A stretch of 64,000 bases of DNA from Malacoraja senta (taxonomy: Eukaryota): NCBI GenBank assembly GCA_038087875.1, contig JAXLNO010000645.1:186001-250000 (forward strand), given 5' to 3'. The number at the start of each line of letters is the position of its first letter. Within the stretch, counting starts at the first letter, position 1. A program made the translations under genes and the position numbers. The notes below the pieces were generated by a model. It made no database searches. It was not told where the DNA came from and saw only the letters and a program-made list of their open reading frames with translations. This document shows positions 37,834-51,032 of this stretch, piece after piece.

Positions 37834-39916
37834 CTGAGGAAGTTAACAAGTGATTAATACTTCCTAACAGTGATAAATCTGGGCAACATAGAATGGAAAT
37901 CACACACACAAAACATTTGTAATTCAACTGCACCAATAGTTAGGTCTCCAATTCCACCTTGGTATAAAGACATTAAAATTAAAATGATCATTAATGAAAT
38001 GAGGGGATAAAATCATTAATTAGCATTCAATGGTTTAATGGTCCTTTAGTGTCACGTGTACTGAGGTACAGTGAAATTTGATTTACCACAGAGTCATACC
38101 AAAAAAGCAACAAGACACAAAACTACATAAAGATTAAACATAAACAGCCACCACAGCGGCGTGTGAGAATCCCAAGGGAACCCAGCATAAGCGGAGACCC
38201 ACAGCCATCAGTTCAATGTCCGGGCCACACGCACGCTCCTTCACCGACCGCTGTACTCTTTCTGCAGACCCTGTCAGCCCAAAGTCAGAAAGCCGTCCAC
38301 ACTCGCATCAGACTCAAGGATCACTGCTCTCACGGCAATCCCTCCGAGTCCCCACAAGGGTAGGCAGCTCGTCCATTGTGTTTTTCGGCGCCCACATATT
38401 CCCCACTGTGATGGAAGGCGAATAACTTTAACCATCTTCCTCCTTTTCTCCCGCGGTCGGGCCAATCGAAACACCCGCAGTCGGGGCGATCGAAGCTCCC
38501 GCAGTCGGCGATCAAAGCCCCCAAAACGGAGCGATCGAGGCTCCCGCAATCGGGGCGGGCAAAGCTCCTGCAGTTGGAGCTCCCGACGTTGATCCCTAAC
38601 AAAGCTACCTCCAGCTCCACGATGTTAGGCCACAATGCCGGCGGAGATGCAATACGGAAAATGTCGCACCTCCGTCGAGGGAAGAGATAAAAAAGTTTCT
38701 AAAGATACGCTAACACATAAAAAACTAAAGATACGCTAACACATACAAATAAAACGGAATAAAAATAAACAAAAGAAGAAAGGGACGAGACAGGCTGTTG
38801 GCGAGGCTGCCACTTACGGCGCCACCCGGTGGTCTTTAGTCACACATTTATTTGAAACTGCTGACTATCGTTACAAAATTGCATACAGTGAAATGTCAAA
38901 AAGGACAAAGAACTTGTCTGCTTGTTTCATCAACAGTAATATCTAGCGTCAAGATATGTTTAATGGTTCACTGATCAAAAACACTTGAAGTGCAAGCATC
39001 AAAATCCTTGTACAAGATGGTGTGGATGAGGGATATTCACAGGACTCCTATAGATCACAGATGTGTGCCTCCTCAAGGGACACAGAGTCCAGGAATAACT
39101 CAACTGGTCAGGCAACATCTTTGGAAAAAAAGGATGGATGATGTTTCAGGTCAGGATCCCTATTCAACTGAGTTACTCCAGCACTTCTATCTTTGGTATA
39201 AACCAGCATCTGCAGTTGTTTGTTTTTACATTCTGCAGGAATACCTCTTCAGTCCATCAGGTCTGTTCTGCATTTCATTAAGATCATCACTGACCTAATG
39301 TATACATTCACCCAGTTTATCATGAATCGATCCGCTCTGTCTTGAAAATATTCTACGAGTCTGCATTGTCTACACTTAGACAAACATAGTTCCAAACTCG
39401 CAAGCTGTTGTTAGAGAAACAAAAATGCTAATGCATTAAATGTGCAACCGCTTACTTCTGACGAAAGAAATTCCTCCTAATCTCTTTCCCAAAGGAACGT
39501 CGTTTAAATCTGAGGCTATGAACTCTAGTCCTAGACTCTCCCACTAGTGGAGGGGAAAATGAAGAACAACTAGACTGTTGGGTCCCAGTCACACAGGAGG
39601 CCTGGCCCCATTCCCCAACACAATCGTAGCACTAAGCAGGATGGTTTTTGCTCAAATTTAATTACAACGCAGATTACAAGTGGTCCAGATGAGAGTTTTT
39701 GTAATATATATGGAATAGAATAGATAGAAGATAGATATAATCAGTAGTGAGTTCATGTGTTGTTGGCATCTTAAATAGGAGATCTCTTCTGATCTTGGTC
39801 ACGGCTGAACAAAATTGGTGGTACAGATCAGCAATGCCAACAACCTGTCATAACTAGAATGACAATACTACAAGGTTGCACATAAACTGTGACTCTGCAC
39901 TATAACACATCATAAA

Positions 39917-42900
39917 CTGGTGGCCGATTAGGAAAAGGGGAGATGCAACGAGACCTGGGTGTCATGGTTGGTGAGAGGAGGAGGAACCCAAATCTGCAGC
40001 GTTCCATCTCACTTCCAGAGAAGGAGTCTGGTGGAAGCCTCTGATTGATGGAAGAGGAAGGACCAGAGGAAGCAGCTGATTGGGAGCAACCCCGGGTTTA
40101 AATTTTTACATTTTTACATTTCTGCTTTCAGGTTAAGGATTCTGGGCGTTAAGGATTCAGGGAGTTAAGGGTACAGTATTTACTAATAAAGGTACAGTTT
40201 AAAGGATAAAGTTTAAAAAAATATTTAATATAGAGTTAATTTGGGAGTAAGCTATGTCAGTGGAGATTGGCCCCGTGGTTTGCTCAACCTGCAACATGTG
40301 GGAGATCAGGGATATGGTCGGTGTCCTTGGTGACTACGTTTGCAGGAAGTGTGTCCAGCTGCAGCTCCTGGCAGACCGCATTGAACGATTGGAGCTGCGG
40401 CTTGATTCATACTGGAGCATCCACGATGCTGAGAAAGTCGTGAATAGTACGTACAGTGAGTTGGTTACACCGCAGATAAAAGGTAAGAGGACAGAAAGGG
40501 AACGGGTGGCCAATAGCCAGCAACGCAGTAGGCAGGTAGTGCAGGAGTCCCCTGCGGTCATCTCCCTCCTAATCAGGTATAACATTTTGGATACTGTTGG
40601 GGGAGATGGCTCATCAGGGGAAGGCAGCAGCAGCCAGGTTCATGGCACGATGGGTGGCTCTGCGGCACAGGAGGGAAGAAAAAAGTGGGGAAGGGCAATA
40701 GTAATAGGGGATTCAATTGTAAGGGGAATAGATAGGCGTTTCTGCGGCCGCAAACGAGACTCCAGGATGGTATGTTGCCTCCCTGGTGCAAGGGTCAGGG
40801 ATGTCACTGAACGGCTGCAGAACATTGTGGAGGGGGAGCGTGAACAGCCAGTTGTCGTGGTGCATATTGGCACCAACGATATAGGTAAAAAAAAGGGATG
40901 AGGTCCTACAAGGTGAATTTAAGGAGCTAGGAGATAAACTTAAAAGTAGGACCTCAAAGGTAATAATCTCTGGATTACTACCAGTACCACGGACCAGTCA
41001 GAGTGGAAATAGGAGGATATTGCAGATGAATACGTGGCTTGAAAAATGGTGCAAGGGGGAGGGATTCAAACTTTTAGGGCATTGGAATCAGTTCTGGGGG
41101 AGGTGGGACCAGTACAAACAGGACGGTCTGCACCTGGGCTGGAATGGAACCAATGTCCTTGGGGGAGTGTTTGCTAGTGCTGTCGGGGAGGATTTAAACT
41201 ATTGTGGCAGGGGGATGGGTGCAAGAGCAGAGAGGCAAGGGGGTGTAAAATGAGGGTAGAAGCAATAGGTAGCAAGGTGAAAAGTAAAAGTGGCAGGCAG
41301 ACAAAACCAGGGCAAAAATCAAAAAGGGCCACTTTTCAACATAATTGGATAAGGGGTAAGAGTGTTGTAAAGACAAGCCTGAAGGCTTTGTATCTTAATG
41401 CAAGGAGCATTTGTAATAAGGTGGAATTGTTGAATGTGCAGATAGTTATTAATGAATATGATATAGTTGGGATCACGGAGACATGGCTTCAGGGTGTGCA
41501 AGGCTGGGAGCTGAACATTCAGGGATATTCAATATTCAGGAGGGATAGACAGAAAGGAAAAGGAGGCGGGGTAGCGTTTCTGGTTAGAGAGGAGATTAAC
41601 GCAATAGAAAGGAAGGACATTAGCTTGGAGGATGTGGAATCGATATGGGTAGAGCTGCGAAACACTAAGGGGCACAAAACGCTAGTGGGAGTGGTGTACC
41701 GGCCACCTAACAGTAGTAGTGGAGTTGGGGATGGCATCAAACAGGAAATTAGGAATGCGTGCAACAAAGGTAAATCCATTATAATGGGTGACTTCAATCT
41801 ACATATAGATTGGGTGAATCAAATGGGCAGGCGTGCTGATGAAGAAAATTTCTTGGCATGTATGCGGGATAGTTTTCTAAACCAACATGTAGAAGAACCT
41901 ACGAGAAAGCAGGCTATTCTAGACTGGGTATTGAGTAATGAGGAAGGGTTAGTTAGCAGTCTTGTTGTGCGTAGCCCCTTGGGCAAGAGTGACCATAATA
42001 TGGTTGTTCTTCATTGATGGAGAGTGACATTGTTAATTCAGAAACAAAGGTCCTGAACTTAAAGAAAGGTGACTTTGAGGGTATGAGACGTGAATTGGCC
42101 AAGATAGACTGGCCAATGATTCTTAAAGGGTTGACGGTGGATATGCAATGGAAGGCATTTAAAAACTGCATGGATGAACTACAACAAGTGTTCATTCCAG
42201 TTTGGCAAAATAATAAATCAAGGAAGGTAGTGCATCCGTGGATAACAAGGGAAATCAGGGACAGTATTAAAACAAAAGAGGAAGCCTGCAAATTAGCCAG
42301 AACAAGCAGCCTACCATAGAACTGGGAGAAATTCAGAGTCTAGCAGAGGAGGACAAAAGGCTTAATTAGGAAAGGGAAAATAGATTATGAAAGAAAACAG
42401 GCAGGGAACATAAAAACTGACTGCAAAAGTTTTTATAGATATGTCAAGAGGAAAATATTAGTTAAAACAAATGTAGGTCCCTTGCAGTCAGAAACAGGCG
42501 CATTGATCACGGGGAACAAGGACATGGCAGACGAATTGAATAATTACGTTGGTTCTGTCTTCACTAAGGAAGACATAAATAATCTGCCGGAAATAGCAAG
42601 GGACCGGGGGTTAAATGAGATGGAGGAACTGAGCGAAATCCATGTTAGCCGGGAAGTGGTGTTAGGTAAATTGAATGGATTAAAGGCCGATAAATCCACA
42701 GGGCCGGATAAGCTGCATCCCAGAGTACTTAAGGAAGTAGCCGCAGAAATAGGGGATGCATTAATGATAATTTTTGAAAACTCTTTAGATTCTGGAATAG
42801 TTCCTGAGGACTGGAGGGTAGCTAATGTAACCCCACTTTTTAAAAAGGGAGGGAGAGAGAAAACGGGGAATTACAGACCAGTTAGTCTAACATCGGTGGT

Positions 42901-44266
42901 GGGGAAAATTCTGGAGTCAGTTATTAATGATGGGAGAGCAGCACATTTGGAAAGTGGTGGGTTCATTGGACAAAGTCAGCATGGATTTATGAAAGGTAAA
43001 TCATGTCTGATGAATCTTATAGAATTTTTCGAGGATGTAACTAGTAGAGTGGATAAGGGAGAACCAGTGGATGTGTTATATCTGGACTTTCAGAAGGCTT
43101 TCGACAAGGTCCCACATAAGAGATTAGCATACAAACTTAAAGCACATGGTATTGGGGGTTCAGTATTGATGTGGATAGAGAACTGGCTGGCAGACAGGAA
43201 GCAAAGAGTAGGAGTAAACGGGTCCTTTTCAGAATGGCAGGCAGTGACTAGTGGGGTACCGCAAGGCTCAGTGCTGGGACACCAGCTATTTACAATATAT
43301 ATTAATGAGCTGGATGAAGGAATTGAATGCAACATCTCCAAGTTTGCGGATGACTCGAAGCTGGGGGGCAGTGTTAGCTGTGAGGAGGATGCTAGGAGGC
43401 TGCAAGGTGACTTGGATAGGTTGGGTGAGTGGGCAAAGGCATGGCAGATGCAGTATAATGTGGATAAATGTGAGGTTATCCACATTGGTGGCAAAAACAG
43501 GAAAGTAGACTATTATCTGAATGGTGGCCGATTAGGAAAAGGGGAGATGCAACGAGACCTGGTTGTCATTGTGCACCAGTCATTGAAAGTAGGAATGCAG
43601 GTGCAGCAGGCAGTGAAGAAAGCAAATGGTATGTTAGCATTCATAGCAAAAGGATTTGAGTATAAGAGCAGGGAGGTTCTACTGCAGTTGTACAGGGTCA
43701 TGGTGGGACCACACCTGGAGTATTGCGTACAGTTTTGGTCTCCTAATCTGAAGAAAGACATTCTTGCCATAGAGGGAGTACAGAGAAGGTTCACCAGACT
43801 GATTCCTGGGATGGCAGGACTTTCATATGAGGAAAGAGTGGATAGACTTGGCTTGTACACGTTGGAATTCAGAAGACTGAGGGGGGTTCTTATTGGAAAC
43901 TTACAAAATTCTTAAGGGGTTGGACAGGCTAGATGCAGGAAGATTATTCCCGATGTTGGGGAAGTCCAGAACTAGGGGTCACAGATTAAGGATAAGAGGG
44001 AAGACTTTTAGGACCGAGAGGAGAAATCATTTTTTACACAGAGTGGTGAATCTGTGGAATTCTCTGCCACAGAAGGTAGTTGAGGCCAGTTCATTGGCTA
44101 TATTTAAGAGGGAGTTAGATGTGTCCCTTGTGGTTAAAGGGATCAGGGGGTATGGAGAGAAGGCATGGATGGGATACTGAGTTGGATGATCAGCCATGAT
44201 CATATCAAATGGCGGTGCAGGCTCGAAGGCCGAATGGCCTACTCCTGCACCTATTTTCTCTGTTTC
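39917..44266 (+). mobile_element. Duplicated full-length CR1 (39969-44266) preceded by the 52-bp stub of the older CR1
   Basis: Near-identical to 26552-37130 without the L1. CATAAA at 39911-39916 and 44267-44272. Confidence 0.92.
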
Positions 44267-44469
44267 CATAAAAGGGTTGATTTAGATAAAAAGAATGGGA
44301 AGATTTATACAAAAGAAAATCTTCACATTTTTTCATATTTACTGATTTATTCCAAGAGGCTCCCTGCTATTTTTATTTCACTGCCAGTTACAACAGAATC
44401 CCTTAGCTGGTTGCAGAGATCTTTCCCTGTAATAGAGATTCGCACAGCAGCAAACAATGATTTCCTTAC

Positions 44470-44583
44470 CGCTAGCTCCTGATTCTTCCCATCAAGCTTT
44501 TCCTCCAACACATCCACAAGTTGTGTCCTTTCTAAAAATGCCTCTTCGTTTTCACGGAGTTTTTCCTTCAGGTTTTCCATCAA
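44470..44583 (-). pseudogene. GOLGB1: GOLGB1-like exon, triplicated copy 3 (114 bp, open, phase 0-0)
   Basis: cctcag|LMENLKEKLRENEEAFLERTQLVDVLEEKLDGKNQELA|gtaagg. Confidence 0.8.
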
Positions 44584-46259
44584 CTGAGGAAGTTAACAAG
44601 TGATTAATACTTCCTAAGTGATAAATCTGGGCAACATAGAATGGAAATCACACATACGCAACATTTGTAATTCAACTGCACCAATAGTTAGGTCTTCAAT
44701 TCCACCTTGGTATAAAGACATTAAGATTAAAATGATCATTAATGAAATGAGGGATAAAATCATTAATTAGCATTCAATGGTTTAATGGTCCTTTATTGTC
44801 ACGTGTACTGAGGTACAGTGAAATTTGATTTACCACAGAGTCATACCAAAAAAGCAACAAGGCACAAAACTACATAAAGATTAAACATAAACAGCCACCA
44901 CAGCGGCGTGTGAGAATCCCTAGGGAACCCAGCATAAGCGGAGACCCACAGCCATCCGTTCAATGTCCGGGCCACACACACGCTCCTTCACTGACCGCTT
45001 TACTCTCTCTGCAGTCCCTGTCAGCCCAAAGTCAGAAAGCCGTCCACACTCGCACCAGACTCAAGGATCACTGCTCTCACGGCAATCCCTCCGAGTTCCC
45101 ACAAGGGAAGGCAGCTCGTCCATTGTGTTTTTCGGCGCCCACATATTCCCCACTGTGATGGAAGGCGAATAACTTTAACCATCTTCCTCCTTTTGTCCCG
45201 CGGTCGGGGCAATCGAAACACCCGCAGTCGGGGCGAACGAAGCTCCCGCAGTCGGCGATCAAAGCCCCCAAAACGGAGCGATCAAGGCTCCAGCAATCGT
45301 GGCGGGTAAAGCTCCTGCAGTTGGAGCTCACGACGTTGATCCCTAACAATGCTACCTCCAGCTCCACGATGTTAGACCACAATGCCGGCGGAGATGCAAT
45401 ACGGAAAAAGTCGCACCTCCGTCGAGGGAAGAGATAAAAAAGTTTCTAAAGATACGCTAACACATAAAAAACTAAAGATACGCTAACACATACAAATAAA
45501 ACACAATAAAAACAAACAAAAGAGGAAAGGGACGAGACAGGCTGTTGGCGAGGCTGCCACTTACGGCGCCACCCGGTGGTCTTTAGTCACACATTTATTT
45601 GAAATTGCTGACTATCGTCACAAAATTGCATACAGTGAAATGTCAAAAAGGACAAAGAACTTGTCCGCTTGTTTCATCAACAGTAATATCTAGCGTAAAG
45701 ATATTTTTAATGGTTCACTGATCAAAATAACTTGAAGTGCAAGCATTAAAATCCATGTACAAGATGGTGTGGATGAGGGATATTCACAGGACTACTATAG
45801 CTCACAGATATGTGCCTCCTCAAAGGAGCAGTACCTAAGTTAGACACAGAGTCCAGGAATAACTCAACTGGTCAGGCAACATCTTTGGGAAAAAAGGATG
45901 GATGATGTTTCAGGTCAGGATCCTTATTCAACTGAATTACTCCAGCACTTCTATCTTTGGTATAAACCAGCATGTGCAGTTGTTTGTTTTCACATTCTGC
46001 ACGAATACCTATTTCAGTCCATCAGGTCTGTTCTGCATTTCATTAAGATCATCACTGACTGAATGTATACATTCACCCAGTTTATCATGAATCGATCCCC
46101 TCTGTCTTGAAAATATTCTACGAGTCTGCATTGTCTACACTTTAACAAACATAGTTCCAAACTCGCATGCTGTTGTCAGAGAAACAAAAATGCTAATGAA
46201 TTAAATGGGCAACCGCTTATTTTTCAACAGTGACCCCGGATCTACATTTTCCCGACATG

Positions 46260-46590
46260 TTTAGTGTAGTTTAGTTTAGATACAGCGTGGAAACAGGTCC
46301 TTCGGTCCACCGAGTCCACACCGACCAGCGATCCCCGCACATATACACGTCTAGGGAAATTAGGGACAATTTACACTCATACCAAGTATACAAGCCCAAG
46401 CCAATTAACCTACAAACCTGTACGTCTTTGAAGCGTGGGAGGAAATCGAAGATCTCGGAGAAAACTCATGCGGTCAAGGGAGAACGTACAAACTCCATAA
46501 AGACAGCACCCGTAATTGGGATGGAACCCGGGTCTCTGGCGCTGCAAGTGCTGCAAGGCAGCAACTCTACCGCTGTGCCAGTGTGCCACC
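46260..46590 (-). mobile_element. V-SINE (HE1-like)
   Basis: Same family; (tttag)n tail. Confidence 0.75.
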
Positions 46591-47716
46591 CAACACAGTG
46601 CCTCCTCACGCAACCTCTCAAAATTTGTAAGAAACTTGTATTCTTTAATAGTTTACGTGATACATTAACTAAACTAAAATCCCATCTGCATCTTTTGTAC
46701 AATTTCATCTTTGCTATTATATAATAACAGGAACCACTCCTCGACAATTTACTGGCACCATTCCTTTGGCAAGGGAAGACTGAAAACATTTAGTCAGAGC
46801 CTCAGCTGTTCCCACCCTTGCTTCTTTTAACTGGCTGGGAAACATTTCTGCCAGACCTTCAGAGATGCCAACTTCACGAAATTAATGCAGTAATCCAGAC
46901 ATGGCTGCAATTGCACTGCAAATTTAGCAAACCTCACAGCCTGTATTTGGAATCAAGCCCCAAAATGATTCAGTGGCAAAGCAAACTCTCTCATGGTCAA
47001 GGTCCAAGGATTCATTACTGGATTTAAATAGAAAACAATGACTTCCTCAGGGTGCCTAAAATGTGTTTGCAGCCAATGTTGCTTATAAGGTACCTTTGTT
47101 GTTCAATTAACATTGGAATGTCTTAAACCGTGTAACTAATTTTGAAAATAGCAAATATGTGATAATGTACTAATGTGGTGGATTATCTACTTGAAGGATG
47201 TTACTTTTGGGTAAAGACTGGAAAAGTCTCCCAGGAAAACACATTTCTTGCTCTAAAATATGCCAAAATAAAATAGTTCACATCCACCTGAGACACCAAT
47301 CACGATTTAACATAACTTTTCATTCGAAAGTTGGCACTTCAAGTGCAGCATTCTCTCAGTATTGTACTGGAAGCATCAGGCGTGACTTTCTGTTTAAATC
47401 ATTTGAGTAGGACTATTAAATAACATTTGTACTCTATTTTGAAGTACAACCTTCTAAACCAAGTATGAAGGCATCCTTTCAATTTCCTTGAAAAGATCTG
47501 ACACACGACGTTAAACGGTTTAACAATTGTCTTTGCTTTGGAAAATAAGAAGCATTGTTAACTATTATTGTTAAAAAGAAAACTTGAAATATTTTGGACT
47601 GAATTTTCCATCTTTAAAGTGAAATCCAACTGCAGAAATGCAAACATAAAGTACACAGATCAGTGTAATAGCTCACTCAGTGAGGGTAACACATATTCAA
47701 CTGGGATTGATGTTAC

Positions 47717-47863
47717 CTTAAGCTGTTGATCGCTCATGTGAAGCTGGGTCTCTTTGTCCTGAATTTGGTCTTTGAGCTGCAATACTAGTTGTTCATTCTG
47801 AGCTAGCTGCTCAGTTAAATCAGCCACTGAATACTTACCTGCAGACTTCTGGCAGCTCAGTGC
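47717..47863 (-). pseudogene. GOLGB1: GOLGB1-like N-terminal exon
   Basis: ttctgcag|ALSCQKSAGKYSVADLTEQLAQNEQLVLQLKDQIQDKETQLHMSDQQLK|gtaaca, 147 bp. Resembles the recalled giantin N-terminus (ERLAYAEQLVVELKDIIRQKDVQL). Confidence 0.8.
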
Positions 47864-48119
47864 CTGCAGAATAATTGGTCACTATTAATAACTGCATCAT
47901 CATAGTGAATCGGACTTTAGAGAAAACAGTATTGAAATATTCAGTGACTTGAGAAGAGCATTAATGTGGAATGCATGGAAGCCAATGCATTTTTTTAATT
48001 GCAAGGCCATTGCTGCAAAATTCAGTCACTCTGGAGACCCAACGTAATTGGCCTCGTGTATTTTAACATGCTCAAAGGCTTTCCCACGATGAATTCTCAT
48101 ATTGAGGGGGAAAATAGGA

Positions 48120-48300
48120 TAGACAGACACAATGTGCTGGATTAACTCAGCAGGTCAGGTGGTATCTCTGGAAAAAAAAGGATGGGTTCGGGTCAGGACC
48201 GTTTTCAAATTTGTCGTGGTCTTTTCTTGCTTCCAGATCCACCCCCTACAATCCGTCTAAAGAAGGGTCCCAACCTGAAACTTCACCCATCCTTTTTCAC
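48120..48300. mobile_element. Two Penelope-type repeat fragments in opposite orientation
   Basis: 48120-48205 (minus) and 48250-48300 (plus, gtctaaagaagggtcccaacctgaaac) both resemble the 19104 repeat. Confidence 0.5.
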
Positions 48301-48311
48301 CCAAGCCACTA

Positions 48312-48616
48312 AGTTAGTTTAGTTTGGTTCAGTTTAGTTTACAGATACACCGCTTGGGCCCTCCGAGTCCGCGCCAACCAGCAATCCCTGTGCATTAACA
48401 CTATCCAACACGCTAGGGATAATTTACAATTATACCTAGCCAATTAACCTTGAAACCAGTGCATATTTGGAGTGTGGAGGACACCCGAGATCCCGGAGAA
48501 AATCCACGCATGTCACGGGGAGAAGGTACAAACTCTGTACAGACAAGCACCTGTAGTCAGGATCCGAACCCGGTTCCCTGGCACTGTAAGGCAGCAAATC
48601 TACCGCTGCACCACCA
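48312..48616 (-). mobile_element. V-SINE (HE1-like)
   Basis: Same family. Confidence 0.7.
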
Positions 48617-49089
48617 TTACTGCAGCATTTTTATATATACCAGCATCTGCATTTCTATGTATCTGGGATGGAAGTCTGATTTGCTAGTAATACTGGGAAA
48701 AGGGAAAGTGTCCCGGAGAGCCGCACATGAGGTGGGAGTGATCCTAGGAGCCGCGTGGGACCAATCCACCCACCGAACAACCGCGCCGCCGACCGGAACG
48801 TGCACCGGTAGGCTAGGCTCGCCCCACAGGCTTCCCAGGGGACCGAGGTGAATCCGGATGGCGAGGTCTGCCTGGGCTGAGGGAGCCTCAGTAGCGGCGG
48901 CGATGGAAGCCTCAGCAGCAAATGGAGCTTCGGCGGTGACGGGAGCCTCTGCAGCAACAGGAGCCTCAGCTACATCGTGATCCTCGGCGGCAGTGGGGCC
49001 TCACGATCGACCCGCAATCAGCGTTCAATGAGAGTTAGGGGGGAGGGAGGAGAAGACAATGGGGACATGGGTGTAGGGGGACTGCCGTG

Positions 49090-50228
49090 TCTCATTGATC
49101 TGTCTTCAAAATTAGACTGTTTCTAACCCGTTACTCTACCCTCCCTTGTAAAACTGGTCACCACCATGAAACCTACTACCTGCCCCCTCGACATTGTCCC
49201 CTCTGCCCTTCTGAAGGATGTCATTACAACAGCCGGTCCCAGCATCCTCGCCATCTTCAACAGTTCTCTGGCCACTGGCACTACCTGCTTCAAGCACGCG
49301 TGGTCCAACCATTCCTGAAAAAAACTAACTTCGATCCCACCTTGCCAAGCAACTACAGACCTATTTCAAAACTGCCTTTCCTTTCAAAAGCCCTTGAAAA
49401 GGTAATTTTAAGTCAACTTATGCCTTACTTTCACCAAAATACTATCTTGGAAACTTTCCAATCGTGTTTCAAGGCCCACCACAGCACAGAGTCTGCCTTG
49501 TTGAAGGTACATAATGACCTACTTCTCAGCATTGACTCAGACGACTGTGTAATCCTGGTCGTTCTCGCTCAGCGCAGCATTTGATACTGTCGACCACACT
49601 ATCCTAATTGACCGTCTCCGGTACGGGGTTGGTATTGATGGCACTGCTCTGAGCTGGTTCATCTCCTACCTCAAAGGTAGGAGTTTCTCTACTAACATAG
49701 GCAACTCTTCCTCCTCCCCAGCTAGCCTCTGCTGCGGGGTTCCATAAGTTTCCATCCTTGGGCCCATTCTCTTCTCCCTATATATGCTCCCCTTAGGCCA
49801 AGTCATTCAAAGGCACGGCATTTCCTTCCCTTGCGATGCAGAAAGTCTGCTTACCCACCACACCACCTCCAGGTCCCTCAGATCGGCCGACTTGGGGTTA
49901 CTGAACATCCCGCGGTCTATGCATAAGCTCAGGGGCGACCTCGCCTTTGCGGTTGCAGCTCCTAGACTGTGGAACAGCATCCCTCTTCCCATCAGAACTG
50001 CCCCCTACATCGACTCTTTTAAGTCGAGACTTAAAACTCATCTTTACTCTCAAGCCTTTCTTGATGTCCTCTGAGGGAGGGCTATATGTATGTATTTATG
50101 TATGTACTTAATCTGTGAACCACTGTTGTATAACGTTAGTACCTCCACCAATCTAAAGCACTTTGGTCAGCAAGAGTTGTTTTTTAAATGTGCTATAGAA
50201 ATAAAAGTGACTTGACTTGGCTTGACTT
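49090..50228 (+). mobile_element. L2-clade LINE fragment with internal deletion
   Basis: TTCPLDIVP, NYRPISKLPFLSKALEK, HHSTESALLKVHNDLL, AFDTVDH and C-terminal AFAVAAPRLWNSIP. (GACTT)n tail. Confidence 0.85.
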
Positions 50229-50980
50229 TTAATTTCAGGTTTTTGTGTACCTTGTGTGTTGTGACTGTTGGCAGACCAATTTCCCTGTGGGGATGAATAA
50301 CGTTTTATTGTATCGTATCGTAAGTTAAAACCAAGGGTCAATTCAGGCTTCAGTGAAGGCTGTGGGTGAGTAGTGATAAGTTGGAGCAGAGAAGTTTAGA
50401 ATTGGTGGTCAATGCTGCCCACAAGGTAAGGTGTTATGATGAGCAGCTGACTCCTAGTACCAAGAGCTTGGGTCCTGCGCAGGCAAATCCACTTTATCTT
50501 GGAACAAACAGGATGCCCATCTTTTCCAAGGTTGCTTTTACATTAGTGGCCCACCATTGCTCATCACTGCACAGGACAGGAAGAAAGTCATGAATGTCAT
50601 AAATGTCCCAGGTTTACTTTGAGGAGAATGTATTTTTTTCAAGTAGTGAACCAATCACGTTACACAAATAAACATTTCTCAGCCTCAATATGCACAACCC
50701 ATCTAATACAAATTAGTAATGCCAATAACAAATAATAAAACATGAGAAGTTCAATTTGAAATGGCTAAAATTTACCAAAGGCAAAATATAGCAGATAAAT
50801 TAAGTTAAGCACAGGAAAAGCATTTTCATGAAATATTTTTCAAATTGAAATCATAAGCAGGTGATTATAGTCCACACATTATTTTATAAAAGGAAAATCT
50901 AAATTCCAAAATATATCATGAATACAAATACAAATGTTGTAAATACAAATGCAATAACAGGAAATTACAAAAATACTTAC

Positions 50981-51032
50981 CCCTTCCGACTCACGGGGCG
51001 GTTAATTTGCACAAAAGCACCTCCACATGCTT
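50981..51032 (-). pseudogene. GOLGB1: Probable GOLGB1-like first coding exon with premature stop
   Basis: aatag|AAGC ATG TGG AGG TGC TTT TGT GCA AAT TAA ... GAA GGG|gtaagt. 48 coding nt, phase-0 end, TAA at codon 9. Confidence 0.5.

Larger units (their letters stand above)
23883..46219. repeat. Tandem triplication of an approximately 2.2-kb intron/exon unit: copy 1 23883-26067, copy 2 26267-39454, copy 3 39654-46219
   Basis: Collinear identity from aaatttaattacaacgcag to caaccgctta. Copies 2 and 3 are expanded by LINE insertions. A shared 199-bp junction lies at 26068-26266 and 39455-39653. Confidence 0.95.
2560..51032 (-). pseudogene. GOLGB1: Unprocessed GOLGB1 (giantin)-like pseudogene, at least 13 exon positions
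   Basis: Chain of GT-AG coiled-coil exons with mostly matching phases. N-terminal ADLTEQLAQNEQLVLQLKDQIQDKETQL and ENEEAFLERTQLVDVL resemble giantin as recalled. C-terminal tail anchor has the golgin Y-x4-H motif (YFATPH). Many stops and frameshifts. Confidence 0.85.
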
